64,000 nucleotides of DNA from sequence record SRR20825006_999; one strand, written 5' to 3'. The notes under the pieces were generated by a model. It had not been told where the DNA came from. It did no database searches and worked only from the letters and a program-made list of their open reading frames with translations. Position numbers and translations under genes: made by a program. Below, in pieces: positions 10,027 through 20,720 of this stretch (position 1 is the stretch's first letter; each line of letters begins with the position of its first letter).

Positions 10027-10983
10027 TTAGTTATTGTATGCAAAATGAATAAGTGCGTCACCTTTGTGGACAACGGGGCTATAATTTAGCCCAATAATTT
10101 GTCCATCTCTTGGTGCTAGCACTTTAGTATGTAAGTCTCCATATGGGTCGTTAATATAACCCAATAAGCTCCTTTTAGCTATAATTTCGCCAAGTTTAGC
10201 TTTTGGTTGAAAAAGACCTGCATTCTTAGACCTAAGCCATGTAGACTTAGCGTAAGTTCTTATTATTCTATCAGGAGGTATTGCAATTGGCGAAACAGCG
10301 TTCATTCCAAGATACTTCATTAATCTAAGTGTCCCATTAATACCTTCAGTAATACCCAATTCATCAAAACGTAGAGACTCTCCTGCTTCGTATACTAGAA
10401 TTGGTTTACCTTTTTTCTGAGATGCACTTCTGAACGATTTAGAAATCAATGGAGAATCTAAAATAACCGGAGGGGCAAAAGCTTGAGCTAGTTTATGGGC
10501 TCTAGAACTATTAAATGATACTCTAATTTGAGGATAATTAGATCTACTAGCTCCACCTGTATGGAAGTCAACCCCACAGTCAATATGAGGAATAATATCT
10601 TTCATAAGGGTATAAGCCATAAGTTTAGCTAAGGAGCCATCTTTTAAACCAGGAAAACTTCTATTTATATCTTTACCATCCGGCAATCCTCTAACATTCT
10701 GAATGAATCCGTAAATATTTACAATTGGTATTGCAACTACAGTACCTTTTTCAGGGATAATTGTCTCTGTTTCAATCATTCTTCGAATGATCTCAACTCC
10801 GTTGATTTCGTCACCATGCAACCCCCCTGTTAATAATAACACTGGTCCATCAATTTTAGATCGGTAAATATGTACAGGTATATCTATACTTGTATAAGTT
10901 GGGAGTCTAGCAATATTAAAATTTACAGTAGCGTGTTCGCCTAACTCAACTCTCTGCTTGTTAATTGTAATTACATCAGGCAT
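10027..10983 (-). CDS. Succinylglutamate desuccinylase/aspartoacylase family metallopeptidase (M14-like)
   Basis: [23 protein letters not shown] and YEAGE. Confidence 0.92.
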   Translation of the reverse strand: MPDVITINKQRVELGEHATVNFNIARLPTYTSIDIPVHIYRSKIDGPVLLLTGGLHGDEINGVEIIRRMIETETIIPEKGTVVAIPIVNIYGFIQNVRGLPDGKDINRSFPGLKDGSLAKLMAYTLMKDIIPHIDCGVDFHTGGASRSNYPQIRVSFNSSRAHKLAQAFAPPVILDSPLISKSFRSASQKKGKPILVYEAGESLRFDELGITEGINGTLRLMKYLGMNAVSPIAIPPDRIIRTYAKSTWLRSKNAGLFQPKAKLGEIIAKRSLLGYINDPYGDLHTKVLAPRDGQIIGLNYSPVVHKGDALIHFAYNN

Positions 10984-11914
10984 TGCTTTTAATTTTACGC
11001 CTGCGTTTAGGTCGATTCCTTATTTCCTCAACGGCATTTATGACGTATTTGACTACGCTGCCAGCAATATCTTTTTCTGTTGTTTTTTCGATACCTTCTA
11101 AACCGGGTGATGAGTTTACTTCCAAGATTAAAGGCCCTCTGGCTGATTGTAACAGGTCAACTCCAGCGATTGGTAATCTCATAGCTTGAGCAGCAGTGAG
11201 AGCTGCTTCTCGTTCAGTTTTTGTAAGTTTAATTAAACTTCCAGAACCACCTTGGTGCAAATTAGATCGAAACTCACCTTCTTTGCCTTGCCTTTTCATT
11301 GCGCCTGCAACTTTACCATCTACAACAAATGCCCGAATATCGGCACCTTTACTTTCTTGTATAAATTCTTGAACAATAACTCGTGCTTTCATACTATGAA
11401 ATGCTTCAATAATAGATTGAGCTGCTTTTTTAGTTGGAGCTAGAACAACTCCGTACCCTTGAGTACCCTCTAATAATTTAATGATAAGTGGAGCTCCACC
11501 AACTGAATCAATTAAGCTGTTTACTTCTTTCGAATAATTAGTAAACACTGTTTTTGGCAAACCTACACCAGCACTAGCCAAAATCTGTAAACTTCTGAGT
11601 TTGTCACGAGAACGAACTAACGCTTGAGATTCAACAGCAGTGAATATACCCATCATTTCAAATTGACGAACAACAGCTGTGCCGTAAAAAGTCACAGAAG
11701 CCCCAATTCTTGGAATTACCGCATCTAAATGAGATAAACTCTCACCATTGAAGAAGATATCGGGTCTATCCTGCTCAATTATGATATCACATTTTAAATG
11801 ATCAATTACAAAAGCGTTATGACCACGACTCTCAATAGCTTCTACAAGTCTTTTAGTCGAATAAAGCGAAGAATTTCTTGATAATATGCCGATATTAATA
11901 GGTACGGTGTCCAT
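10976..11914 (-). CDS. rimK: RimK alpha-L-glutamate ligase (ATP-grasp)
   Basis: [42 protein letters not shown] and [12 protein letters not shown]. Confidence 0.96.
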   Translation of the reverse strand: MDTVPINIGILSRNSSLYSTKRLVEAIESRGHNAFVIDHLKCDIIIEQDRPDIFFNGESLSHLDAVIPRIGASVTFYGTAVVRQFEMMGIFTAVESQALVRSRDKLRSLQILASAGVGLPKTVFTNYSKEVNSLIDSVGGAPLIIKLLEGTQGYGVVLAPTKKAAQSIIEAFHSMKARVIVQEFIQESKGADIRAFVVDGKVAGAMKRQGKEGEFRSNLHQGGSGSLIKLTKTEREAALTAAQAMRLPIAGVDLLQSARGPLILEVNSSPGLEGIEKTTEKDIAGSVVKYVINAVEEIRNRPKRRRKIKSNA

Positions 11915-12351
11915 TATTTTTTATTAGAAAGGTTGGTTTTTGATACATCTACAAGAAATTTTCTAGTGATAAAGTTTCTACCAATCAGTAGTGGATATTT
12001 CATTTCAGAGCGATCTGCCAAAGAAAGTTCGATTTTATAAGTTTTATTAAACATTGAGAGTGTTGTTTTTATAAATACTCGTTTCTCTGAGAGCCCATTA
12101 GAGCTTTTCACTTCCCTTACATCATGAACCGGGAGTTCAAAAAGCTTATCATTGTAAGCAGGGTGTTCTGGGTCTAATAAATTAAATCGAACTACATCGA
12201 CCCCATTTTTTTTAAACAACTCTATTTGATGGCAGTGTAAACTTGATGAATAAGCCCCAGTATCAATCTTGGCTTCAATTTCTTGAATATCCCACTCTGG
12301 TAAATCAATATACTCTAACCTGCCAATTATTTTTTTTGGGGAATCACTCAT
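11914..12351 (-). CDS. RimK-associated retropepsin-like protease (RimB-like)
   Basis: [17 protein letters not shown] and LLIGRNF; overlaps the rimK start. Confidence 0.9.
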   Translation of the reverse strand: MSDSPKKIIGRLEYIDLPEWDIQEIEAKIDTGAYSSSLHCHQIELFKKNGVDVVRFNLLDPEHPAYNDKLFELPVHDVREVKSSNGLSEKRVFIKTTLSMFNKTYKIELSLADRSEMKYPLLIGRNFITRKFLVDVSKTNLSNKK

Positions 12352-12456
12352 TTTTAAAAATAACGCTTATTAAGTTCATCTTCATCATTTGATGCTATTA
12401 AATTCATTTTATTTGTGATGACTCAATGAATAGAGTATGAAATTTATATATTAGTA

Positions 12457-13575
12457 ATGATTCATAATATAAATCTCCGAAAAGTGCTTAGTATAACATC
12501 TCCTACTTTAGTGTTAAATGAGTCCATTATTGACGCAAACATCAAGCTGATGAAAGAAAAAGCTGAACAACTTAACGTTGAGTTTAGACCTCATTTTAAA
12601 ACCCACCAATCAAAGTATATTTCTGAATCATTTAAGCAGCAAGGAGTTACTGGTATTACCGTATCATCTGTTAAGATGGCTGAGTATTTTTCTGAACACG
12701 GATGGATGGATATTACCATCGCCTTTCCAATTAATATTCTAGAGATAGATAACCTAAATAAGCTACCCTCAGAGACTAAGCTTAATGTTTTAGTTGTGGA
12801 TGAGGAAGTTGTAATTTACTTGGATGAGAATATCAAAAATTCGATTCATGCTTACATCGAATTAGATCCAAGTTATGGAAGAAGTGGGATGTCTATGGAT
12901 AGTATTCCTGACATACAGCGCCTTAAGAACAAAATAGATGCTTCTTCGATTATCAATTTCGCCGGATTTTATTTACACGCTGGCCATACTTATAAATGCA
13001 AAGGAGCAGAAGAAGTGCGTGAAGTAGCGAATACTGTTTTAGATAAGATTTCAAAATTAAAACAGCATTTTAACTCTCCTGTTTGTTATGGAGATACACC
13101 CTCCTGCTCTGTTTTGGAAGATTTTAGAGATGTCACACAAATTAGCCCTGGCAATTTTGTTTTTTATGATTGGATGCAGGTTATGATTGGTAGTTGTAAA
13201 GTAGAAGATATAGCATTGGCTTTATACTGCCCTGTAGTAGCCAAATACAAAGAACGAAATGAGATACTGATTCATGGTGGTGCAGTTCATTTGTCTAAAG
13301 AGTTCTTATTGAACGATGCAAAAACTCCATATTACGGTGTAATAGCTGAAACAAAGGAAAATGGTTGGGGAAATGTTATTGAAAATTGTTTTGTGAAATC
13401 AATCTCTCAAGAACATGGTTTAATAGCTTGTTCGGATGATTTTTTTGATTCGATAAACATTGGAGATCTCGTTCCTATTCTCCCCATACATTCGTGTCTT
13501 ACTGCAGATTTAATGGGCTCATATCTCAACCTAGATGGAGTAAGAATTGATCATCTATCTTCATATCCCAAATAA
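12457..13575 (+). CDS. PLP-dependent alanine-racemase-fold enzyme (D-threonine aldolase/DSD1 family)
   Basis: RPHFKTH (PLP Lys), HAGH, PGNFVFYD, SQEHG and PIHSC. Confidence 0.88.
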   Translation: MIHNINLRKVLSITSPTLVLNESIIDANIKLMKEKAEQLNVEFRPHFKTHQSKYISESFKQQGVTGITVSSVKMAEYFSEHGWMDITIAFPINILEIDNLNKLPSETKLNVLVVDEEVVIYLDENIKNSIHAYIELDPSYGRSGMSMDSIPDIQRLKNKIDASSIINFAGFYLHAGHTYKCKGAEEVREVANTVLDKISKLKQHFNSPVCYGDTPSCSVLEDFRDVTQISPGNFVFYDWMQVMIGSCKVEDIALALYCPVVAKYKERNEILIHGGAVHLSKEFLLNDAKTPYYGVIAETKENGWGNVIENCFVKSISQEHGLIACSDDFFDSINIGDLVPILPIHSCLTADLMGSYLNLDGVRIDHLSSYPK

Positions 13576-13602
13576 AAAAGGCTCCATTTAGGAGCCTTCT
13601 TA
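13573..13602. terminator. Bidirectional terminator
   Basis: AAGGCTCC-ATTTA-GGAGCCTT with flanking A/T runs between convergent genes. Confidence 0.75.
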
Positions 13603-13605
13603 ACT

Positions 13606-16600
13606 TTATTTATTAACACCTGGAATTTTCATTTCTCCAGGATTAGGTGAATGCCAAGGAAAAGGTTTAGCTTTTTTCTTTTCAGGGTAAACTTGGTCTA
13701 AATTGTTAGCATCGTACAATCTACCATTCTTCATAACATATTTAATGGTGTTAGAATTACGCAAGTTTGTTAATGGATTGGAGTCCATAATAACCAAATC
13801 AGCTAGTTTACCAACTTCGATAGAACCTAAATCACCATCAAGGCCTAAAGATTCTGCCCCAATTATAGTAGCAACACGTAAAGCATTATGAGGAGTCATC
13901 CCTCCTGAGCCAATAGACCAAAGTTCCCAATGGTAGCCTAAGCCTTCAAGTTGACCATGGCTTCCTACTCCAGATAAACCACCAGCATCAACTAAATCAT
14001 TAATAAATTCAGCGTGCTTTTTAAACACATGTTCATCATCTCTAAACCAGCCCGGTCTTCTTCTAGATTTACTTGCAAGCTCTTCATAAGGCGTGAAATA
14101 GCTTAATTTTGGATTATCAAAAGGATTCTCACGAGAATAGTAATAGTTCTCAGCCCAAGGGCCACCATATGAAACAAGTAAGGTTGGCGTAACAGCCATT
14201 TTAACTTGAGAAACCGCAGAAACTATATCATTGTAGATTGGATAGATTGGAAAAGAGTGCTCATGGCCAGGATAACCATCAATCATTTGAGTTAGATTCA
14301 ATTTCCAATCTAAAGCGCCTTCTGTTGTTGGCATAATTCCTTGTTCACGAGCAGCCATCAATATCCATTGACGTTGCTTTCTATTTCCAGCCAAGTACAT
14401 TTTAATGTATTTAGTTTTATAGTACTTGCTGTACTGCATCATAGCATCTTTTGCTTCATCTAAGCTTTTAATATTATACCCCCAATAGCCTAGTCCTGGC
14501 CCCGTTGAATAAACGCGAGGTCCTTCCATCATTCCGGCTTCAACCATATCTGAATAGGTAAGAACATCCGTTGTTCCAGTTTGAGGATCACGAGTAGTGG
14601 TTACTCCATAGGCAAGGTTTGTAGCATAATTCCATACTCTTTGCTTATGAATCCCCCAAATTGGCCACATATGAGCATGAGTATCAACAAAGCCTGGAGT
14701 AATTGTTTTTCCAGATAAGTCTATAACTTCAGCTCCTTTTGGAGCCGTAATATTTGTTCCTACTTGAGCAATTCTGTTATTTTTGATTAGGATGTCTCCT
14801 CTTTCAATAACTTCCATACCCTTCATTGTTACAACACGAGCATTTTTCAAAAGAACGGTGCTTTCTGGAATATCTCGGGTATAGAACACCTCTATAGTTA
14901 GCTCTTGGGGCTCGTATCGAGGTTCTTTCTTGTCGTTTTTCTTTTCTTTAGAATCTTTATCAGAGTCTTCAGAGTTGTCACTATCTTGAGCTTCTTCTTT
15001 TTTAGACTCTTCAGATTTTTTCTTTTCAGCCTCTAATTTTTTTGCAATTTTAACAGAGTCATCAAATGCTTGAGCATCATCAAGATTGTAAATGAAATGA
15101 CCGTTACCGATTGACCAATGAACTTGCTTGGCATCGGAACTCCAGTAAGGAAACTGGCCTCCAATCTTAGTTAATTTTCTTGAAGGGAAGTTTGCACTCT
15201 CTGCTTTAGCCACAGATATCTTTGGAGTATCACCACCTGTAACAGGAACTGTAACTACATAAATATCATTATTAATATGAGCTAAAGCTTGGTCTCCACT
15301 AGGTGCCATAGTAATAGTTTCAGCTCGTGAAGCGGGATTATTCTCTTTTGCGTAATCTTCAGGGTGCAGAATATTTTGCATCACATCAGAATCGCTAGAA
15401 TGAGATTCCTCAACTGAGAAACCTCGAGTGGTGATACCAGTAATGCTAACGTGCTCTTTTTCGTCAGTTCCATCCCATCTTATCGAAACTAAAGTTCCTC
15501 TCTGATTTAAAAAGATTCTATCACTATTCTTTACGAAATGAGGGTTAGAACGACCATTAGACTTATCAATTAAGTTGTTATTACCACCTTTAGATGAAAC
15601 CCAAATCAGATCATCGGTAGACGCAAACGCACCAGGTCCTGTTGCTTCCTTGTATGTTCTTGAGGAGCCTCTAAAAGCTACAATCTTTTCACCATCATTC
15701 GACCATACAGGTGAGCTATAAATTCCTGTATCTTTTGTTAGTTTTGTTGGATTAAAACGCTTGCTAAATGGGTTTGCTTTATATATTCCTCCCCCATCTT
15801 CATCACTCCATCTTACAAAAGCTATTGTTTTACCATCTGGTGACCAAACTGGGTTCGCTTCAATTTCTGGACTTGAAGTTAGGCGCTTAGGCTTTCCTTC
15901 TGGAATACTCTGAATGTAAATATCGTTGAGTACAGTGAAAACCAAGGTTTTGCCATCTGGTGAAGGAACAGCGTCTCTGATTTGTGTTGCCAGAACTTCT
16001 TTATCATCTGAAATTGGATATTTAAAGAACACTTCAGGACCAACTTCAAGCTGTGTTTTAACTGAAAATGGAATCTCATTGGCACTACCGCCAGAAACGG
16101 GAATCTTATAAATTTTACCACCATAAGAAGCGATGAGTGTTTTACTATCTGGTGTAAATGACATGCCTGGTAACACTCCCATTGCAGCTTGTGATTCCTG
16201 GTCATCTCTTTGGACTGGATAAGCCAACCAGCGCTCCTCACCATTAGAAAGTTCTCTTATTACCAATCCTGTTTTGTCTTCGTATCTTGAGCCATAAACT
16301 AGCCATTTCCCATCATTTGATAATACTGGGGTAAAAGCAGAGCCATATCTAGAAGTTATAGATCTAACTTGACCTGTTTCTCTATCATAACGACCAACTT
16401 GGTACTGTGGAAGTTGTGCATTGTAGTTCCAGGAACCGTTTCTTCTAGAAAAATAAACGTAACGCCCGTCATGGCTTACAGCAGGGTCAATGGTCTTTAA
16501 ACTTGTTGGCTCTGATATCAATGCAGTTCCACTTCCTCCATCTTTATGATACATCCATAATTTGGGCATTCTAGTACCTTTAGAAGCAACAATATACTTT

Positions 16601-17115
16601 CCATCTGGTGTCCAGTCTGCGGCTGGGAATAAATCCTTATCGCCTTTTGAAACTTGAGTAATATCAGATGTGTCTTCTAGGTTGATATAGTAAAGATTAT
16701 CATTACCATCGGCATCTGAAGTATATAGAACGAATTTACCATCTGGACTATAGCGGGGATGCGTATCAAAGGCCATACCATCCGTAATTTGTGTAGCTTC
16801 GCCACCTTCAATAGACATTTGGTAAATATCACCTAGAAAATCGAATACAAGATGCTTTCCATCAGGACTTACATCTAAAGACATCCAGGTTGCCTCGGTA
16901 CTTTCAATATCGATAAGTCTGCCTGGATCTAGAGGCAATTTACTACTCTTTTTAGGAATTTTAGTGGTGTCAGCTCGTAGCTCTGTTGCTTGATAACTAC
17001 TTTGCTCCTGCTGTAAATTCTGTAGCGCAATTGCACCTGTAGCATTTATAGAAAACAGGGAAAAGAGGATTACAGCTAGGCAACTCCCCTTTTTTAGATA
17101 GTAAAATGAATTCAT
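13606..17115 (-). CDS. Secreted PD40/TolB-like beta-propeller plus amidohydrolase family protein
   Basis: Signal peptide, many SPDG repeats, charged linker, PGFVDTHAH and GSIEVGKLADLV. Confidence 0.9.
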   Translation of the reverse strand: MNSFYYLKKGSCLAVILFSLFSINATGAIALQNLQQEQSSYQATELRADTTKIPKKSSKLPLDPGRLIDIESTEATWMSLDVSPDGKHLVFDFLGDIYQMSIEGGEATQITDGMAFDTHPRYSPDGKFVLYTSDADGNDNLYYINLEDTSDITQVSKGDKDLFPAADWTPDGKYIVASKGTRMPKLWMYHKDGGSGTALISEPTSLKTIDPAVSHDGRYVYFSRRNGSWNYNAQLPQYQVGRYDRETGQVRSITSRYGSAFTPVLSNDGKWLVYGSRYEDKTGLVIRELSNGEERWLAYPVQRDDQESQAAMGVLPGMSFTPDSKTLIASYGGKIYKIPVSGGSANEIPFSVKTQLEVGPEVFFKYPISDDKEVLATQIRDAVPSPDGKTLVFTVLNDIYIQSIPEGKPKRLTSSPEIEANPVWSPDGKTIAFVRWSDEDGGGIYKANPFSKRFNPTKLTKDTGIYSSPVWSNDGEKIVAFRGSSRTYKEATGPGAFASTDDLIWVSSKGGNNNLIDKSNGRSNPHFVKNSDRIFLNQRGTLVSIRWDGTDEKEHVSITGITTRGFSVEESHSSDSDVMQNILHPEDYAKENNPASRAETITMAPSGDQALAHINNDIYVVTVPVTGGDTPKISVAKAESANFPSRKLTKIGGQFPYWSSDAKQVHWSIGNGHFIYNLDDAQAFDDSVKIAKKLEAEKKKSEESKKEEAQDSDNSEDSDKDSKEKKNDKKEPRYEPQELTIEVFYTRDIPESTVLLKNARVVTMKGMEVIERGDILIKNNRIAQVGTNITAPKGAEVIDLSGKTITPGFVDTHAHMWPIWGIHKQRVWNYATNLAYGVTTTRDPQTGTTDVLTYSDMVEAGMMEGPRVYSTGPGLGYWGYNIKSLDEAKDAMMQYSKYYKTKYIKMYLAGNRKQRQWILMAAREQGIMPTTEGALDWKLNLTQMIDGYPGHEHSFPIYPIYNDIVSAVSQVKMAVTPTLLVSYGGPWAENYYYSRENPFDNPKLSYFTPYEELASKSRRRPGWFRDDEHVFKKHAEFINDLVDAGGLSGVGSHGQLEGLGYHWELWSIGSGGMTPHNALRVATIIGAESLGLDGDLGSIEVGKLADLVIMDSNPLTNLRNSNTIKYVMKNGRLYDANNLDQVYPEKKKAKPFPWHSPNPGEMKIPGVNK

Positions 17116-17128
17116 ATAATTAAAGTTT

Positions 17129-17179
17129 AATTGAAAAATATCTCCGTTGGTCTAATAAACGGAAATTATTTCAATTCAT
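17129..17179 (-). terminator. Imperfect inverted repeat, probable terminator of the LD-carboxypeptidase gene
   Basis: TCCGTT...AACGGA core with extended AT-rich arms. Confidence 0.4.
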
Positions 17180-17192
17180 CATTAAACTTTAA

Positions 17193-18218
17193 TCAAATAA
17201 CTGACGATTGATTAATTGAAAAGCTCATAGAATTAGCATCCATTTCTGCATTCATTCCCACTGGAATAGTCACGTTTTTAGCTTCATGGCTAATCATAGC
17301 TCCATAATATGCAGGGATTCCAAGTGGTTTAATGTGGTCGTCTAAAATCTGATTAAGGCTTAGGCTATTCTCGCCACCTTTACAATCTGTACACTGTCCA
17401 AAAATAAACCCGCTAATATCGTCTAGAACACCAGCTAATTTCAGTTGAGTGAGCATTCTATCAATTCTATATACACTTTCACCAACATCTTCTAGGAATA
17501 AAATTGAGCCTCTAAAGTCTGGCAAATAATCAGAGCCAATCATTGCAGTAAGAACAGTTAAGTTACCACCATATATAGGACCAGTGGCTTTACCAGAACG
17601 GATTGTGTATGCATTATATAAATCTTCTTCAGGGACTTTATATTCTTCAGGAACACCATTAATAAGCACATTGTCGAAACTAGCTTGAGTAAATTCATTC
17701 CAGTCAGAAGTCCCTACTGGCCCATGAAAGCTTACCAAACCTGTTTTTGCTGCAATAGACATGTGTAGTGTTGTGATGTCACTGAAGCCAATTAGCGGTT
17801 TAGGATTATTTTTAATTACATCGAAATCAATAAAATCTAAAATACGGTTACAGCCCCAACCTCCTCGTACACAAAGAATTGCATCTACATTTGAATCTTT
17901 GAACATACTCATTAAATCGGCAGCTCTGTCTTTATCAGTTCCCGCTAAAAAACCACGGCGATCTCTAACATGCTTTCCAAGCTTAAGTGTGTAACCTTGA
18001 TTCTTTAGAGTAATTAGCATCTCATCAAAGTCACTTTTATTATAAACAGGGCTTGCTGGAGCAATCAAACCTATTGTCGAAGTTCGAGAAATACGATTTG
18101 GCTTTATAAGTGATTTACTAGAGTTTTCAGAGGAATTCAAAGATTTTCCGGCACCACCTAGAATTGCAAAAGCACTAAGTCCCGTTAGTTTTAGAAAATT
18201 CTTTCTAGAATAAGCCAT
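17193..18218 (-). CDS. LD-carboxypeptidase (peptidase S66) with Tat-like signal
   Basis: RGGWG, GFSDIT (Ser), LFLEDV (Glu), ISH (His); N-terminal SRKNFLK. Confidence 0.92.
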   Translation of the reverse strand: MAYSRKNFLKLTGLSAFAILGGAGKSLNSSENSSKSLIKPNRISRTSTIGLIAPASPVYNKSDFDEMLITLKNQGYTLKLGKHVRDRRGFLAGTDKDRAADLMSMFKDSNVDAILCVRGGWGCNRILDFIDFDVIKNNPKPLIGFSDITTLHMSIAAKTGLVSFHGPVGTSDWNEFTQASFDNVLINGVPEEYKVPEEDLYNAYTIRSGKATGPIYGGNLTVLTAMIGSDYLPDFRGSILFLEDVGESVYRIDRMLTQLKLAGVLDDISGFIFGQCTDCKGGENSLSLNQILDDHIKPLGIPAYYGAMISHEAKNVTIPVGMNAEMDANSMSFSINQSSVI

Positions 18219-18236
18219 AATCTTACTTCTCCGTAA

Positions 18237-18815
18237 TTATTTATATAAATGTTCTTTAACGATTAGTTCGAGTACCTCTGGCGGTACAAGGGTTTTAACA
18301 TCATTTCCTTTTGCAACTGCTGTCCGTATCTCTGATGAGGAAATTGGTACGGGTAAATGAGAAACAAATGTAGTTTGTGATAATATTTCTGGCAACACTT
18401 TTTTATGTTCGTTACCAGGACGTTTTGCAACTAAAAGATCTGCTTCTTCTAAAATTTCTTTAAAAAATTTCCAAGTATGAAATTGAGCTAAACTATCCTC
18501 TCCCATACAGAAGTAGAACACATTGTTAGAGTACTCTTTTTTTAAATAGCGTATTGTTTGGAAAGTGTAAGAAGGTTTAGGTAGGTCATTTTCGATGGTT
18601 AATATTGAAACATCAATGCCTTCAAATGCTTTTTTAAGCATGGAAAGTCTAGTAGTATATTTTACCTGATCCCCATCTATTTTATGAGGAGGATTTGGAG
18701 TTAAAAGAATCCAGAGTTCTTCTATATTTCCTGAGTCGATAAATGACCGAGCAATGGAAATATGTCCGTTATGAACAGGATCAAAAGTGCCGCCGAATAA
18801 ACCTACTTTCTTCAA
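18237..18815 (-). CDS. nadD: Nicotinate-nucleotide adenylyltransferase
   Basis: GGTFDPVHNGH, PPHK, SYT, MGEDS and ISSSEIR. Confidence 0.95.
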   Translation of the reverse strand: MKKVGLFGGTFDPVHNGHISIARSFIDSGNIEELWILLTPNPPHKIDGDQVKYTTRLSMLKKAFEGIDVSILTIENDLPKPSYTFQTIRYLKKEYSNNVFYFCMGEDSLAQFHTWKFFKEILEEADLLVAKRPGNEHKKVLPEILSQTTFVSHLPVPISSSEIRTAVAKGNDVKTLVPPEVLELIVKEHLYK

Positions 18816-18821
18816 AAGTTA

Positions 18822-19649
18822 TTAGCTTGTAGACGATATATTCTCTTCAGAAACTGAAGGAGAGTCTTTTAAACCAATTTCAGCTTCATCTCTAAATTTC
18901 TCAGCATCACCGCGTAACTCACTAGATGGGAAAAGTTGTATGAATTTCTCGTAAGAAGAAATTGCGTTTAAATAACGCTCAGCTTTTTTAGAATCAACAC
19001 TTAAAGATGCATATCTATTGTAAGTTTTGATTTGTTTAACTAAAGCCTCTTCAGCCCATTTAGATTCAGGGAATTGATCGATAGTTAAGTCGTAATAGAT
19101 AATTGCGGCTTTAAACATATCAATACGAGCGTAAAATTCAGCTGATTTCAAATATTTTAAAGCTAGTTTGTTTCTAAGGTCATCAATTTTTGAGGCAGCC
19201 TCTGTAACACGATCTGAACTAGGGTAATTATTTATAAATAATTGGAATAATTCGATAGCTCTTCCAGTTGGTCTTTGATCTAAACGATATCGTGGGCTTT
19301 GCTCAAAAAAGCTAAGTGCTCTTTTATAATCAACCTCTTCCCTTCTTTCATCTCTTGGGTAATAACTTATAAATCGTTCGTATTCTGAGGCAGCTAATAG
19401 AAACCTTTCATCTTTAAAATAACTTTCAGCTAAATAAAATTGAGCGTTCTGCGCATAATTTGTGCCTCTTCCAAGTCGTGTCACAGTTTCAAAAGCTTGA
19501 GCTGCATCGTTGTATTTGCCTTTTTCATAGAGGTTCATTGCTTTATCATAAGAGACATTAATAGCTTCACCTGGACGAATTAAAGACTTGTTATTACAAG
19601 CGGTTCCAATGATAATAAGCGGTAGTAACAGAAAGAAAATATTCTTCAT
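18822..19649 (-). CDS. bamD: Outer membrane protein assembly factor BamD (TPR lipoprotein)
   Basis: Lipobox IGTAC, TPR repeats, SPRYRLDQ and FINNYP. The second ATG (19649) is the likely start. Confidence 0.88.
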   Translation of the reverse strand: MKNIFFLLLPLIIIGTACNNKSLIRPGEAINVSYDKAMNLYEKGKYNDAAQAFETVTRLGRGTNYAQNAQFYLAESYFKDERFLLAASEYERFISYYPRDERREEVDYKRALSFFEQSPRYRLDQRPTGRAIELFQLFINNYPSSDRVTEAASKIDDLRNKLALKYLKSAEFYARIDMFKAAIIYYDLTIDQFPESKWAEEALVKQIKTYNRYASLSVDSKKAERYLNAISSYEKFIQLFPSSELRGDAEKFRDEAEIGLKDSPSVSEENISSTS

Positions 19650-19673
19650 ATAAATTGTAGAGTGATAATTCAT

Positions 19674-20669
19674 TTAGTGATCACGATTTTGTAAGAAGAT
19701 AAGAAGTTTTTTTAGCTCTTGTTTGAATTTAGAGTCTTTAAATTCATCCAATAAACTATACGTTTTGTAGTAATGATTCTGTATCTCAATCTTAATATCT
19801 TCGATCACGTTTAACGTTAAATATAAATTCAAGACCTCTTGAACATCCACATCCGTAGCTTTTTCTTTATCTAAAGTTGCTAAAATTGAATTCTTTTGGT
19901 CTGCATTTGCACGCTGTAACGCAAGTAAAGTAAGATATGTTTTCTTGCCTTCATAAATATCTCCTCCAGCCTTCTTACCGAATTTTTCTGGATCGGCAAT
20001 AGCATCAAGCAAATCATCTTGAATTTGGAAAGCTTTGCCCATTTCAGATCCAAGTTGAGCTAACTTATCACATTGTTCTTGTGTAGCATGCGCTGATATT
20101 GCTCCCATCTGAAGGGCACCAACAATGAGTGCAGAAGTTTTACCTTCAATCATTTGAATATAATCTGATAGTAGAACCGTTTCTCTATCAACAAATTCCA
20201 TATCTAACGCTTGCCCTTCGCAAACAGTGATGGTGGACTTGATAAAGGCATTGTTGATTGCAGCGTATTCCTGCTTTGTGTAAGCATCTGAACTACCGTA
20301 AAATGAAAGCTGTTTAAATGCATCGGCAAACATCACATCGCCTGTTAAAATAGCTACATGATCATTCCATTTGCTAAAAACACTTGGTTTTCCTCTACGT
20401 GTTTCAGCACAGTCCATAATATCATCGTGAACAAGTGTAAAGTTATGAAGAATCTCGATGGCTAGTGCAGCTGGCAGAGCTTCTTTGATATTTCCGCCAC
20501 AAAGCCCGTTAGCAAGTAAGGTTAGAAAGGGACGAATCCTTTTCCCTCCTACATTAAGGGCGTAAGTATAGGGCTCGTATAAAGTATGCGGAGACTCCGG
20601 AATTGGAAGGTCTGACAAAGCTTTGCTGATGAGCAGTTGTAACTCTTTTTGTAATGCGGTAGAACTCAA
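19674..20669 (-). CDS. Polyprenyl diphosphate synthase (GGPP/FPP synthase family)
   Basis: GGKRIRP, LVHDDIMD..RRG, GQALD, KT and FQIQDDLLD. Confidence 0.95.
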   Translation of the reverse strand: MSSTALQKELQLLISKALSDLPIPESPHTLYEPYTYALNVGGKRIRPFLTLLANGLCGGNIKEALPAALAIEILHNFTLVHDDIMDCAETRRGKPSVFSKWNDHVAILTGDVMFADAFKQLSFYGSSDAYTKQEYAAINNAFIKSTITVCEGQALDMEFVDRETVLLSDYIQMIEGKTSALIVGALQMGAISAHATQEQCDKLAQLGSEMGKAFQIQDDLLDAIADPEKFGKKAGGDIYEGKKTYLTLLALQRANADQKNSILATLDKEKATDVDVQEVLNLYLTLNVIEDIKIEIQNHYYKTYSLLDEFKDSKFKQELKKLLIFLQNRDH

Positions 20670-20720
20670 TTCTTTTTTTGATGAATGATAATTGTGAAAT
20701 ATACGGATTCTATCAATGCA

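Noticed and set aside
14925-15055. Low-complexity Lys/Glu/Asp/Ser stretch in the amidohydrolase gene
   Set aside because: An ordinary charged inter-domain linker; not a tandem DNA repeat or mobile element.
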